IMG/VR virus record: IMGVR_UViG_3300028920_000022
Location: 372,001 to 436,000 of that record
Direction: 5' to 3' (one strand)
Length of the DNA: 64,000 nt
The notes below the pieces were generated by a model, which was given only the letters and a program-made list of their open reading frames with translations, was not told where the DNA came from and searched no databases. Both the position numbers and the translations under genes were made by a program. Of this stretch, positions 10,629-20,447 are shown in pieces; the stretch's first letter is position 1; each line of letters begins with the position of its first letter.

Positions 10629-12098
10629 ATGCCCGCAAAAGTTCAAAAAACTCCTTTGCTTAAGGAAGGCGAATATACCATAGCCGATGTTTCAGATTGG
10701 AACTTTTTTGATCTTTCAGGCGAAAACGCCCACACTTTTGGCACGTCCAACAAACAATATCACATAGAAATGCACATAGGTAAAAATGGTAAGTGTCAGA
10801 TCTTTACCATGTTTGGTCCAACCGGGGGTACCCAAACTAAAAATTGGCGCTACTTTGACTCTGAAGTTGCCGCCCGTAAAGAATTGGCGTCAATGAAGAA
10901 AAAAAGAGTCAAAAAGAATTATAAAGAAATTAAAGTTGCCATTCGTGCTTACGGTACCGAAGAGGCTAAAAAGATCACTCAAGCTGTTGAGTTCAACAAC
11001 TCAGATATAAAACCCTCCAGCAATCTCCATAAAGAAACCCAACGATTAATGCGGGTTCTCTTTGGTGCAACCGAACACTTCGTTGTTACCACTTTGCGCT
11101 GCCCTCTGGGTCAATTAACCAATGAACAAGTAGATGAGGGTTATAAACGCCTAAATGAAGCAAAAAAATTAATTTCTAATGGTTCACCAAATGCTAAACG
11201 GATTGAAACACTTACCAACGAATTTTATGCTATTATCCCCCACAATTTAGGAGCCGGTGCGAGAGGTAAAATGATGAACCTCTTGCTGGATACTCCACAA
11301 AAGATTGCTCAAAAAGAATATGATTTAGAAACATTATTGGACGCCAAATCGGTTGGAGCTGCCCTGGAAAAGGGCTCAACCGTTGATGATCAATATAATG
11401 AATTGAATACCGATTTTGATTTTATTGATCATAACGATCCTTTATTTCAATGGGTAAATAGGATTGTTTTGGATACTCGGGCACACAACCATAATACTTT
11501 GGGTAAGATTACAGTATTGAATGCTTGGAAATATAATCGTCATGGCGAGAGAAACGTTTTTGAAAAGAGGATGAAAGAGATTGCCAAGGAGTGTAAAAAG
11601 CCGTTTACGCCTAAAGTTTTGAGGAATGCTGTTGAAAATCGGTTAGATATTCCAGATGGACAGGGAGGATTATATAAAAAGGCTAATGTGTTGCCATTAT
11701 TTCATGGAACCCGGACTCAGAACATTGCTGGAATTACGAAGAAGGGATTGTTGATAAGACCTTCGGGTGTGATTTTAGAAGGTTCATGCTACGGTAGTGG
11801 TGTTTATTATGCAAACAACAGTAGCAAAACGATCAACTATAGTAGTGTTCGGGGGGCTTATTATACCCACGGCAAAGACGATCGTGGTTATATATTCATA
11901 GTAGATTGCGTTCTAGGCGACACTTATGTTCCAACTACTGCAGCAAACTACACCAAGGGTAATATTTCCCCCAACCATTCAGTGTGGGCAAAGGGAGGAT
12001 ACTCTGGCGTAATTAATGATGAGTATGTGTTGTTGGACATAAATCAGCATAATATTAGATACTTAGTGGAGTTTACTTGCGGGAAAAATGGAATATAG
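10629..12098 (+). CDS. Poly(ADP-ribose) polymerase-like protein 1 (WGR + regulatory + catalytic domains)
   Basis: WGR-like N-terminus, CPLGQL, FYAIIPH regulatory domain, catalytic FHGT / YGSGVYYA / NDEYV (H-Y-E). Confidence 0.9.
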   Translation: MPAKVQKTPLLKEGEYTIADVSDWNFFDLSGENAHTFGTSNKQYHIEMHIGKNGKCQIFTMFGPTGGTQTKNWRYFDSEVAARKELASMKKKRVKKNYKEIKVAIRAYGTEEAKKITQAVEFNNSDIKPSSNLHKETQRLMRVLFGATEHFVVTTLRCPLGQLTNEQVDEGYKRLNEAKKLISNGSPNAKRIETLTNEFYAIIPHNLGAGARGKMMNLLLDTPQKIAQKEYDLETLLDAKSVGAALEKGSTVDDQYNELNTDFDFIDHNDPLFQWVNRIVLDTRAHNHNTLGKITVLNAWKYNRHGERNVFEKRMKEIAKECKKPFTPKVLRNAVENRLDIPDGQGGLYKKANVLPLFHGTRTQNIAGITKKGLLIRPSGVILEGSCYGSGVYYANNSSKTINYSSVRGAYYTHGKDDRGYIFIVDCVLGDTYVPTTAANYTKGNISPNHSVWAKGGYSGVINDEYVLLDINQHNIRYLVEFTCGKNGI

Positions 12099-13651
12099 AA
12101 AAAGTTAGAAAGCTTGTGGAAAAGCGTGGTGGAAAACTTTTAACGACCGAATATATTAATCAACACAAAAAGCTAGATGTTATTTGTGAAAAGGGACATT
12201 TATGGCACCCATCTGGAGAAGCATTACGAAAGGATCGTTGGTGTTCTTTTTGTCGTGGTAGCAGAATTAGCAAATCCAAAATAGATCCCAACAAAATATA
12301 CAAAATAAAGCAGGTAGCTAAGGAACGGGGAGGCGAATGTCTGTCGGATATTTATGTCAGTGCGTTGGCAAAATTAAAATTCAAGTGTAAAAATGGTCAC
12401 ATCTGGGAATCTAATTATAAATCTGTTTATAATAGAGGGTCTTGGTGTCCAATATGTTGTTTTAACCCCTCAATTTATCCCCAAAAGGGGGAAACATTTG
12501 TTCAGGCGTCACTAAAGCATGCAGCAAATATAGCCAAGAAAAGGGGTGGAAAATGTTTATCGATGGATGCTAAGACGTTGGGAAAATTAAGGTGGCGATG
12601 CGATCAGGGGCATGAGTGGAAAGCCACATATGCCAATGTTATTAATGGATCTTGGTGTCCCACATGTAAAATAACAATTTCCGAATACATTTGTAAGGGA
12701 TATTTGGAACACTTGTTTGGCGCTAAATTTTTAAAAATGAGACCACGATGGTTAAAAAACCCACACGGTGGATTATTAGAGTTGGATGGTTATTGTGAGG
12801 AGCTAGGTGTTGCCTTTGAGCATAACGGTAGGCAACATTATCATCAAGCGTGGTTTCAAACAGAATACGAATTTACCTCTCTTCAAAAACGCGATAAAGT
12901 AAAAAAAGAATTATGCGAACAAAACGGGGTTAAATTAATTATTATTCCAGCCATTGCTTATATGACTGAAATTGAGGATTTGCCCAAAGTAATAAAGGAA
13001 GAGTTTGTCAGGTTAAATATTAATAACATAAAAACATTTCCGCCGGTAAAAGAAGCAATAGACATTGATCAATATTATATGGTAAATTGGGATGATTATT
13101 TTGAGAAAATAAAGTCTATTATGGAATCGCATGGATGGGAGTGTTTATCCAAGGAATATAGGGGCGGTTTATATAAGTTAAAAATAAAATGCAATAAAGG
13201 ACATGTTTTTGACGAGTTTCCATGCAATATCAAAAAGTGGAAAGGGTGTCTAGAGTGTAAAAAAGAGAGAAACAGAGAGTCCATGCTTGTCAAAGCTTAC
13301 GCATTAGCAAAGAATCGGGGCGGAGAATGTTTATCTTCTGAATACAAAAACAACCATTCAAAGATGTTGTGGAAATGTAGTTGTGGCAATATTTGGGAAG
13401 CCAGTTACAATTGTATTCAGCGAGGAACGTGGTGTCCTCCATGTTCTATTATAAGGCGGGCAAACAAAAAACGACTGGGTATAGATGTTTATCAAAAAGC
13501 GGCGAAGAAAAAGGGAGGAAAATGTCTTTCCAAGGAAGTAAGTAGTTGTTTTGACGAGATAGAATTCGAGTGTGGGCAAGGACATAGATGGTTTGCGCGA
13601 GCGGATCAAGTGAAAAATACGGACAGCTGGTGTCCGAAATGCAACTACTAA
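12077..13651 (+). CDS. Zn-ribbon-repeat PD-(D/E)xK endonuclease (homing-endonuclease-like)
   Basis: Repeated C..GH.W....WCP.C units around LELDGYCEELGVAFEHNGRQHY. Confidence 0.75.
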   Translation: MREKWNIEKVRKLVEKRGGKLLTTEYINQHKKLDVICEKGHLWHPSGEALRKDRWCSFCRGSRISKSKIDPNKIYKIKQVAKERGGECLSDIYVSALAKLKFKCKNGHIWESNYKSVYNRGSWCPICCFNPSIYPQKGETFVQASLKHAANIAKKRGGKCLSMDAKTLGKLRWRCDQGHEWKATYANVINGSWCPTCKITISEYICKGYLEHLFGAKFLKMRPRWLKNPHGGLLELDGYCEELGVAFEHNGRQHYHQAWFQTEYEFTSLQKRDKVKKELCEQNGVKLIIIPAIAYMTEIEDLPKVIKEEFVRLNINNIKTFPPVKEAIDIDQYYMVNWDDYFEKIKSIMESHGWECLSKEYRGGLYKLKIKCNKGHVFDEFPCNIKKWKGCLECKKERNRESMLVKAYALAKNRGGECLSSEYKNNHSKMLWKCSCGNIWEASYNCIQRGTWCPPCSIIRRANKKRLGIDVYQKAAKKKGGKCLSKEVSSCFDEIEFECGQGHRWFARADQVKNTDSWCPKCNY

Positions 13652-13860
13652 CTGATTTTTTAACCAAGCGCGGACACACAATAGACACACCATTACATGG
13701 GGTTTGGCGTATTTTTTGCGTCAATTGTGAACATTATTTCTATTACGATGAAGAGGGCATTTGGTATGGGGTGGATCTTGGCAAGTATTCAATATATTTG
13801 CGATACGATATTAACCCGATACCATGCAAAGAATTAATCATTCGGGATATCATCAAATGA
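13639..13860 (+). CDS. Small GH-CxxC protein with IIxxII tail, copy 1
   Basis: RGH...CVNC...CKELIIRDIIK*; start moved to the internal ATG. Confidence 0.7.
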   Translation: MQLLTDFLTKRGHTIDTPLHGVWRIFCVNCEHYFYYDEEGIWYGVDLGKYSIYLRYDINPIPCKELIIRDIIK

Positions 13861-14135
13861 TCAACGAACTTAAAAACTTCAAACAGTTTTTGTGTAATTT
13901 AGGTCACATACTGGTCGAGTTTGATATTGGTAGCGTACCTATAGACCCTGATGGATATTTTAAACCAGGAACATATCTTAGATGTGTTGAATGTGATTAT
14001 ATTTTTTGTTTATTGGACGGGGAAAATCACACTGATGTTTGGCATTGTTTACACAGTTGTTTACCGGAATCTTGGAATAAATATACTGAGCAACAAACCT
14101 GCAAAGAGTTGATTATCAAAAGCATAATCAAATGA
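13857..14135 (+). CDS. Small GH-CxxC protein with IIxxII tail, copy 2
   Basis: LGH...CVEC...CKELIIKSIIK*; ATGA overlap. Confidence 0.75.
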   Translation: MINELKNFKQFLCNLGHILVEFDIGSVPIDPDGYFKPGTYLRCVECDYIFCLLDGENHTDVWHCLHSCLPESWNKYTEQQTCKELIIKSIIK

Positions 14136-14431
14136 CCCACGAAGTAAAACAATTCATAAAGTTTTTGTCAGATTTGGGACACAAACCGTACAAGTTTGAT
14201 GTTTCAGCTGGTCTAAAATATGGACATTATTTCAAATGTAGTGAATGCGACTATGTTTTTTGCTTGTTATTAGAGAATTATGACGATACACATTATCACT
14301 ACAACTATGGAAGATATTGGTTTAGTTATTACCCAAGTTTTCCAGAAAGCTGGCGGTATAATAATTATGTGAACCCAGAATTGGAGCCAACAAGCTGTGC
14401 GGATATAATAATCAAAAACATAATAACATGA
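14132..14431 (+). CDS. Small GH-CxxC protein with IIxxII tail, copy 3
   Basis: LGH...CSEC...CADIIIKNIIT*. Confidence 0.75.
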   Translation: MTHEVKQFIKFLSDLGHKPYKFDVSAGLKYGHYFKCSECDYVFCLLLENYDDTHYHYNYGRYWFSYYPSFPESWRYNNYVNPELEPTSCADIIIKNIIT

Positions 14432-14697
14432 TTTCTTTCCAAAACCTATACAAACTAGGACACAAACTAAATACGTTTGATATTTCTAGTATAGTTTTAA
14501 CGGGTGTTCGGTTTAAACCTGGAATATATCTAAAATGCAGTGAGTGTGGACATATTTTCTATTTACTGAACAAAGCTAATTGTGATACAGATATTTGGTT
14601 TTGTGCGAGTAATGATATGCTTGATGGGTGGGATCTGTATAATCGCGGGAAACCGCCGACTTGCGATGAGTTAGTGATCAAAGAAATTATTAAATGA
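14428..14697 (+). CDS. Small GH-CxxC protein with IIxxII tail, copy 4
   Basis: LGH...CSEC...CDELVIKEIIK*. Confidence 0.75.
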   Translation: MISFQNLYKLGHKLNTFDISSIVLTGVRFKPGIYLKCSECGHIFYLLNKANCDTDIWFCASNDMLDGWDLYNRGKPPTCDELVIKEIIK

Positions 14698-14939
14698 CAG
14701 CTTTAGAAAAACTCCATATCGATGGGCACGACGTAGTAGAAACGGATCTTTCACACATACCACATTTAAATATAGGTTTTAATATTGGCAAGTATGTTTT
14801 GTGCAATAAGTGTGATCATATTTTTTGTGTTATAAATAATGATGTATGGTTTTGTGTTAGTCGCGAATTAATATATGGTTGGCGAAAATATAAAAAACAT
14901 ACGTGCAAAGAGCTTATTATTCAGGAAATTATCAAATGA
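14694..14939 (+). CDS. Small GH-CxxC protein with IIxxII tail, copy 5
   Basis: DGH...CNKC...CKELIIQEIIK*. Confidence 0.75.
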   Translation: MTALEKLHIDGHDVVETDLSHIPHLNIGFNIGKYVLCNKCDHIFCVINNDVWFCVSRELIYGWRKYKKHTCKELIIQEIIK

Positions 14940-15184
14940 TAACATTAGAAAGCCTGTCCACATTTGGTCATGAATTAACCGAGATAGACGTTTCTTCGCT
15001 AGAGTGGCTAAACTCCGGCACATATCTAAAATGTCAAAAATGCGATTATATTTTTTGTTTGTTGGATGGTGCAGAACAGAGTAGCGAGATTTGGTTTGGT
15101 AATGATTTAACTTACGGCTGGAAATTATACAACAATTTTCTGTACACTTGCGATGAATTAATAATCAAAGATGTTATCAAATGA
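14936..15184 (+). CDS. Small GH-CxxC protein with IIxxII tail, copy 6
   Basis: FGH...CQKC...CDELIIKDVIK*. Confidence 0.75.
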   Translation: MITLESLSTFGHELTEIDVSSLEWLNSGTYLKCQKCDYIFCLLDGAEQSSEIWFGNDLTYGWKLYNNFLYTCDELIIKDVIK

Positions 15185-15414
15185 GCCCAGAAGACGAAGT
15201 TAAGGAGATTCTTTCTGAGAAGGGACATAATATAATATTTGTGGAAGAATCAGTAAACGGAACTTGGTTTAAGTGTGTTAACTGTGGTTATTTTTTCCAC
15301 ATTTCTAAAAATAACATTACAATTTGGGTTTACGGAGAAAACATATATCCTTTTTTGTATGACCGTGATACAAATACCTGCAATGATTTTATCATCAAAA
15401 GCATAATTAAGTAA
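15181..15414 (+). CDS. Small GH-CxxC protein with IIxxII tail, copy 7
   Basis: KGH...CVNC...CNDFIIKSIIK*. Confidence 0.75.
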   Translation: MSPEDEVKEILSEKGHNIIFVEESVNGTWFKCVNCGYFFHISKNNITIWVYGENIYPFLYDRDTNTCNDFIIKSIIK

Positions 15415-15659
15415 TGGATTTTCATAATTTTCTGAAGGAAAGAAATCATACAGTTTCTTTTTATTGCGCCAAATACGATCAACAGTTTTTTGTTTGTTCA
15501 AAATGTGGATATTATTTTTATCAAAACGTGACTTTTAGGGATATAAATCAAATTTGGTTTTGCGATGACATTGACGGATGGTTTACGTTGTACAACGCCA
15601 CCGATGATAGGTTTAAACTAACTTGTGATGAGTTTATAATTATGGGTATTATAAAGTGA
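15414..15659 (+). CDS. Small (G)H-CxxC protein with IIxxII tail, copy 8
   Basis: RNH...CSKC...CDEFIIMGIIK*. Confidence 0.75.
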   Translation: MDFHNFLKERNHTVSFYCAKYDQQFFVCSKCGYYFYQNVTFRDINQIWFCDDIDGWFTLYNATDDRFKLTCDEFIIMGIIK

Positions 15660-15877
15660 TCAGTCAAGATTTTTATTCCACACTTTCTGCTTTGGGACAT
15701 AGTGTCACATTTGATTCTTCAATTATAAACGGGTTTTGGGTACGGTGTTTGAAATGCGATTGTTTATTCTATTGTGGGCAGGCGGAACAGAAAATTTTGA
15801 TAATTTTTGCTGATGGTTTTCAAGTATATAATGGAGAAACATGTTTAGAGTTGACTATTAAGGAAATCATCGAGTGA
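15656..15877 (+). CDS. Small GH-CxxC protein with IIxxII tail, copy 9
   Basis: LGH...CLKC...CLELTIKEIIE*. Confidence 0.75.
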   Translation: MISQDFYSTLSALGHSVTFDSSIINGFWVRCLKCDCLFYCGQAEQKILIIFADGFQVYNGETCLELTIKEIIE

Positions 15878-16122
15878 AAAATAGTTTAGAAGCGTTTCTT
15901 TCTGAACGTGGTCACAAAGTTATGGCGTGGGAATCAGAATCTCTTAAACACCTATCTCGTGGTGTATATGTAAAGTGTGTCAAATGTGAGTGCGTATTTG
16001 CTAAATTATTTAATAGTATAGAGTTTAATCGAATTTGGTTAAAGCCGGCAAAATTTTTCGGGTGGCAGGTATACGAGGCTGAGACTTGTGATGATATGAT
16101 TATTAAGGAAATAATTGAATGA
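15874..16122 (+). CDS. Small GH-CxxC protein with IIxxII tail, copy 10
   Basis: RGH...CVKC...CDDMIIKEIIE*. Confidence 0.75.
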   Translation: MKNSLEAFLSERGHKVMAWESESLKHLSRGVYVKCVKCECVFAKLFNSIEFNRIWLKPAKFFGWQVYEAETCDDMIIKEIIE

Positions 16123-16334
16123 TTACTAAACAGGAATTTTTGACCACGATTGCTCCGGCGGGACATTCTATCGAATGGTTTTCTGAAAATGTTTGTCACT
16201 GTGTAGTTTGTGGTTGTAGCTTTTTGGTCTCAAATAGTGGCTGGATGTTGATATCGATTGATGGTGGGCGAAATTATATTAACCACACCAACTTAACTTG
16301 CAGCCAATTAATAATACGAGCAATAATCGAATGA
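16119..16334 (+). CDS. Small GH-CxxC protein with IIxxII tail, copy 11
   Basis: AGH...CVVC...CSQLIIRAIIE*. Confidence 0.75.
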   Translation: MITKQEFLTTIAPAGHSIEWFSENVCHCVVCGCSFLVSNSGWMLISIDGGRNYINHTNLTCSQLIIRAIIE

Positions 16335-16561
16335 AGAATTATCTGAAAACATATTTGCAAAGAAAAGGGCATAAAGATTTAGAATGTCGTTTCGAGAATG
16401 CAGACGGTGTTGTTTTTCTTTGTCGAGACTGTAGTTGGTTGTTTCTTTATGATGGTTCCAACATAGCTATACACGGGTTTACAAATATTGTCATGGTTGA
16501 TGATTATGATGACAATTCCCCCTCTTGCCAGGAACTAATAATCAGAGACATTGTCACCTAA
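16331..16561 (+). CDS. Small GH-CxxC protein with IIxxII tail, copy 12
   Basis: KGH...CRDC...CQELIIRDIVT*. Confidence 0.75.
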   Translation: MKNYLKTYLQRKGHKDLECRFENADGVVFLCRDCSWLFLYDGSNIAIHGFTNIVMVDDYDDNSPSCQELIIRDIVT

Positions 16562-16826
16562 AATATTAACTCACAATGGACACGTAGGTGTCTTTTTGGA
16601 ACACTCTAGTTTGAGTGGTTTGGGAACAACTATTCCCATTGATGTGTACAAATGTCACAAATGCGAGCTTTGTTTCATAAAGGATGTTGAACATTTTTTC
16701 GCAGTGGTAAAGAGATTTTGGAGTCACAACAAATATGATTATTTTTGGGCACAATACGATTATCCAAAACCTGGAGTGTTATGGGCATGTGACGAAAAAG
16801 ATCGAATAATCCAAGAAATCATTTGA
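16551..16826 (+). CDS. Small GH-CxxC protein with IIxxII tail, copy 13
   Basis: NGH...CHKC...CDEKDRIIQEII*. Confidence 0.7.
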   Translation: MSPKILTHNGHVGVFLEHSSLSGLGTTIPIDVYKCHKCELCFIKDVEHFFAVVKRFWSHNKYDYFWAQYDYPKPGVLWACDEKDRIIQEII

Positions 16827-16899
16827 AATAATTCGTGCTTGCTTGTCGAGCGCAAGTAACCGTTGGAAGTATTGCTTGGCAGTTTTCGAAGGATAAAAC

Positions 16900-17904
16900 A
16901 TGGACGTAATACCAGGATATACGTTTGACGATGTTCTTTTAATTCCTAAAAAATCTAATATAGAAAGCCGAGAAGATATCGATCTTTCGGTAAAATTTAG
17001 AAAAGGAATAGAGCTTAAGATTCCTATTATTTCCGCCAACATGAAAAATGTTACCGGACCTAAAATGGCACAAAAGATTGCCAAGCTTGGCGGGATGGCT
17101 ATACTGCATAGGTTTGTAGATGGCTTATATGATTTTGTAAAACAATATACCGATTCTTTGGTTATGCCAGAAGATGTTAATCATATTGGTGTTTCGGTTG
17201 GTATCCATGATTATGACAAGAAGTTGGTTGAACATGCCGTTGGGGCAGGGTGCAAAATAATTTGTGTAGACGTTGCACATGGACATCATGATAATTGTTT
17301 GAGAATGTGTGAGTATATTGCGGGTAACTTTCCTGATGTTTTGTTAATTGCCGGCAACATTTCTACTGCGGAGGGTGCATTAGATTTAGTCAATGTTGGA
17401 GCAGATGTAATTAAGGGTGGAGTCGGATCCGGATCGTTATGTTCTACACGTATTGAAACAGGAAATGGAGTTCCACAACTAACAGCTTTGGACAATATAT
17501 ATCAAGTTTTAAAAAATACCGATGTTGTGATTGTCTCAGATGGGGGTGTCAAAGTTGCCGGAGATCTAACTAAATGTTTAGTGTTTTCTCATGCTGTAAT
17601 GTTGGGTAATCTTCTAGCAGGAACCGATGAAGCTCCTGGTGAAATTATTCAAGTTGATGGCTTGGAATTTAAACAATATGCCGGAAGTTCTACTCATAAA
17701 TCAAAACACATTGAAGGTGTAATTGGATTAGTTCCTTATCGAGGTCCAGTAGAAAAAGTAATTACTAAACTAATGGAAGGTCTCCAAAGTGGTTGTTCTT
17801 ATCAAGGAGCAAAAAATTTAATTGAACTTAGAAAAGATCCAAAATTTGTTTCTATTTCTAATGCTGGTTTGATAGAAAGTAAACCACACGACGTAAGATA
17901 TTAA
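16900..17904 (+). CDS. IMP dehydrogenase / GMP reductase family protein (no CBS domains)
   Basis: TFDDVLLIP, DVAHGH, GVGSGSLCSTR catalytic Cys, SDGG. Confidence 0.9.
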   Translation: MDVIPGYTFDDVLLIPKKSNIESREDIDLSVKFRKGIELKIPIISANMKNVTGPKMAQKIAKLGGMAILHRFVDGLYDFVKQYTDSLVMPEDVNHIGVSVGIHDYDKKLVEHAVGAGCKIICVDVAHGHHDNCLRMCEYIAGNFPDVLLIAGNISTAEGALDLVNVGADVIKGGVGSGSLCSTRIETGNGVPQLTALDNIYQVLKNTDVVIVSDGGVKVAGDLTKCLVFSHAVMLGNLLAGTDEAPGEIIQVDGLEFKQYAGSSTHKSKHIEGVIGLVPYRGPVEKVITKLMEGLQSGCSYQGAKNLIELRKDPKFVSISNAGLIESKPHDVRY

Positions 17905-17914
17905 AGAGGATGAC

Positions 17915-18397
17915 ATGAATTCAGTTAAAATAACAAACATGAACGAATTAGAAATGATTAGCGATGAAGTCAAAGAAATTTTTAATGATAAAGATTTGAA
18001 TATTTCTTCTATAATTAAAAAGTTAGCTGAAGAATTCGGTTCTGCGGCTACTTTAGAACAGATTTATAATATCTATACTTCGTATAAATTGCCATCAAGG
18101 GTTATTAATGGAAAAACTTATGTTGCCGGTTATAAAGGACAAGAACGTATCGGTGACGGTTGGTATAGTAATGCCACATTGCTTGATGTAAAACAAAGCG
18201 GCAAATCTTGTAAATTAATGTTTGGTTTAGACGGCAAGTTTATATATCAAACGTTAGATGAGTTTACATTAAATGAAGTTGTGGACTATGCTAAGGATAT
18301 AGGAAAGACATTTAAGATATTTGTTTTGTCAGAAACTATTCCTGCGACTGGTGATTTGCATGCAGTAATAGATAAGTCGGAGAAAGAAACTGGGTAA
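17915..18397 (+). CDS. Hypothetical protein
   Basis: GAGGA RBS; 160 aa. Confidence 0.6.
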   Translation: MNSVKITNMNELEMISDEVKEIFNDKDLNISSIIKKLAEEFGSAATLEQIYNIYTSYKLPSRVINGKTYVAGYKGQERIGDGWYSNATLLDVKQSGKSCKLMFGLDGKFIYQTLDEFTLNEVVDYAKDIGKTFKIFVLSETIPATGDLHAVIDKSEKETG

Positions 18398-18398
18398 A

Positions 18399-18749
18399 AT
18401 GTCGATATTAGTTTTAAAACATTCAGACGACAATGAAGAACGCAAAGTAGTTGCAAAGTGTGATTGTGCGTGGCCAGAACATTACGCCGAATTTTGTTGG
18501 ATAGAAACAGATTCAGTTTCTACCGATTGGTCAGAAATGCACATTCACATTGGAATGGCAAAACAAACGTTTTGGCGTAGAGTCTGGTTTGCGATTAAAT
18601 ATGTTTTTGGATATCAAAGCAGGTTTGGCGCATATGAGGAAGCGGCTTTGAGTGCCGAAGATGTAAAAGTTTTAGCAGAATATCTAACGGATGCCTCTAA
18701 AGTTTTGGCTAAACAAAACCAAGCGTTTGCAGATTCGTTATTGAAGTGA
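18399..18749 (+). CDS. Hypothetical phage protein
   Basis: CDC...H and FWRRVWFAIKYVFG pattern. Confidence 0.6.
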   Translation: MSILVLKHSDDNEERKVVAKCDCAWPEHYAEFCWIETDSVSTDWSEMHIHIGMAKQTFWRRVWFAIKYVFGYQSRFGAYEEAALSAEDVKVLAEYLTDASKVLAKQNQAFADSLLK

Positions 18750-19033
18750 CTGCTCCCTCACTTTTAGGTGAGGCATTGGTTATATACAGTATTATGGACA
18801 TAAAACCACCAAAGATTCCCGAGAAACGTTATTACACCATTGAACTTGAGGCGATGGTGCCGGCAACAATTAGATACCGTGTTTTAGCGGAAAGTCCGGA
18901 AAAAGCCCTAGAGCAGCTCGACAGAACTCCACCACTAGAACGCCCAAAAACTAAAATTGTGGGAATGCGTAAACAGGTGGCAAAAGTATATTTGTGGGGT
19001 ACAAATATGTTGCAGTATTTAAAGAGATTTTAG
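18746..19033 (+). CDS. Hypothetical protein
   Basis: ORF within the operon. Confidence 0.55.
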   Translation: MTAPSLLGEALVIYSIMDIKPPKIPEKRYYTIELEAMVPATIRYRVLAESPEKALEQLDRTPPLERPKTKIVGMRKQVAKVYLWGTNMLQYLKRF

Positions 19034-19067
19034 GTCGAGTATCGTTGGTTCATTTTATCTAATATGA

Positions 19068-19655
19068 ATGATTCATTATTATATAATTGACGTAGAAACG
19101 AATGGTCTAAAAGCTGGATATCATGAGGTAACACAGATTTCGATCATACGTTGTTCAGACAGAAACCAACTAAATAGATACATCAAACCTGAACATCCCA
19201 ATCGTACAACGCCAAAAGCATTAGAAGTGACGGGTAGAACTTACGCCGATCTTTCTAAAGGGGATGATAAAGAAACGGTTGTGGAGTTTTGTGATGCTTT
19301 TTTTCAAGAGGATTCAGCTACTCCAGAAGAACGATGTATTGTGGGGCATAATATCCACCGTTTTGATAAGAAGTTTTTGCATGCTTTGTGGAAATCGGTT
19401 GGTAAGAAATTTCCTGCCAATTTGTGGTTAGACACATTACCTTCCACCAAAAAGTTTGCTACCAACCAGGGAATATATTCGGAGAATTTTAAGTTAGATT
19501 CTTGTTTGAAAGTGTTTGGTGTCAAGCCCAGACCTGGCGGACACAATGCTGTGGTGGATACTCAAAACACGTATATTTTGCTCAAGAGATTAGAAAAGAG
19601 CGGAATAGACCTACTTCCGTTTACCCAAAGATCTGTACATATGGTCGATGCCTGA
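19068..19655 (+). CDS. DEDDh 3'-5' exonuclease, second paralog
   Basis: DVETNG, HNIHRFD, HNAVVD. Confidence 0.85.
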   Translation: MIHYYIIDVETNGLKAGYHEVTQISIIRCSDRNQLNRYIKPEHPNRTTPKALEVTGRTYADLSKGDDKETVVEFCDAFFQEDSATPEERCIVGHNIHRFDKKFLHALWKSVGKKFPANLWLDTLPSTKKFATNQGIYSENFKLDSCLKVFGVKPRPGGHNAVVDTQNTYILLKRLEKSGIDLLPFTQRSVHMVDA

Positions 19656-19875
19656 GGAAATCATGGGAAGCATAACTAAAAAAATACGCAAGAAGGCTGA
19701 AAAATATCAAAAAGCCCTAGAAATTGTTGAGAGCAGTTTAGATAACATAGAGATGCCTGAAAGTTTTGAAACGTATGATTTGGCTGATTCTGTTAAATCA
19801 GAAATTGAAAAAGCCAAAATCGATCGTCGTCAAGCAAGAAACAGGCGAAAGGCGGTGAAGCGTGGTCGTAGATAG
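19648..19875 (+). CDS. Small basic hypothetical protein
   Basis: Overlapping coupled ORF. Confidence 0.5.
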   Translation: MPEEIMGSITKKIRKKAEKYQKALEIVESSLDNIEMPESFETYDLADSVKSEIEKAKIDRRQARNRRKAVKRGRR

Positions 19876-20410
19876 AACAAAGGGAGTTACTTTGTGGTTG
19901 ACCGGGTTATCTGGCGCAGGTAAAACTACTGTTGCCCAAGCGCTAGAAACTCGCTTGATTAATTATGATATCAATTGCTATCGGCTGGATGGTGACGAAC
20001 TACGTACAGGGCTGTGTTCTGGGCTGGGTTTTAGTAAAGAAGATCGCTCAGAAAATATAAGAAGAGTTGCGGAGGTTTCTAAATTATTCGCAAATGCAGG
20101 TTTAGTTTCTATAGTAAGTTTAATCAGTCCATATATTGAAGACAGGGACAATTGTCGAAAAATTCATGAAAACGCAAATTTACCATTTGTTGAGGTTTAT
20201 GTTGATGCCCCATTAAATGTATGCGAAAGTAGAGATCCGAAAGGATTATATAAAAAAGCCAGAGCTGGAGAAATAAAAAAGTTCACCGGAGTAAGTGATC
20301 CATACGAGGGACCATTGAATCCTGAAATAATATTACGAACAGCTGAAAATTCAATTAATGACTGTGTAGAATTATGTTTGAAATATTTGCAAGAAAATCG
20401 CTTGACATAG
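19862..20410 (+). CDS. cysC: Adenylyl-sulfate kinase
   Basis: [43 protein letters not shown]. Confidence 0.95.
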   Translation: MVVDRTKGVTLWLTGLSGAGKTTVAQALETRLINYDINCYRLDGDELRTGLCSGLGFSKEDRSENIRRVAEVSKLFANAGLVSIVSLISPYIEDRDNCRKIHENANLPFVEVYVDAPLNVCESRDPKGLYKKARAGEIKKFTGVSDPYEGPLNPEIILRTAENSINDCVELCLKYLQENRLT

Positions 20411-20430
20411 GCGGGTAGTTCGGCTATCGT
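20402..20430 (+). promoter_or_regulatory. Sigma70-type promoter of the Ro60/TROVE gene
   Basis: TTGACA-17-TATCGT, followed by a GGAGG RBS. Confidence 0.75.
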
Positions 20431-20447
20431 GGCGCGGAGGAAAAAAA

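Noticed and set aside
13639-16826. Diversity-generating retroelement or integron origin for the paralog array
   Set aside because: No reverse transcriptase or integrase, no TR/VR pair or attC-like sites, and the genes overlap with no intergenic space.
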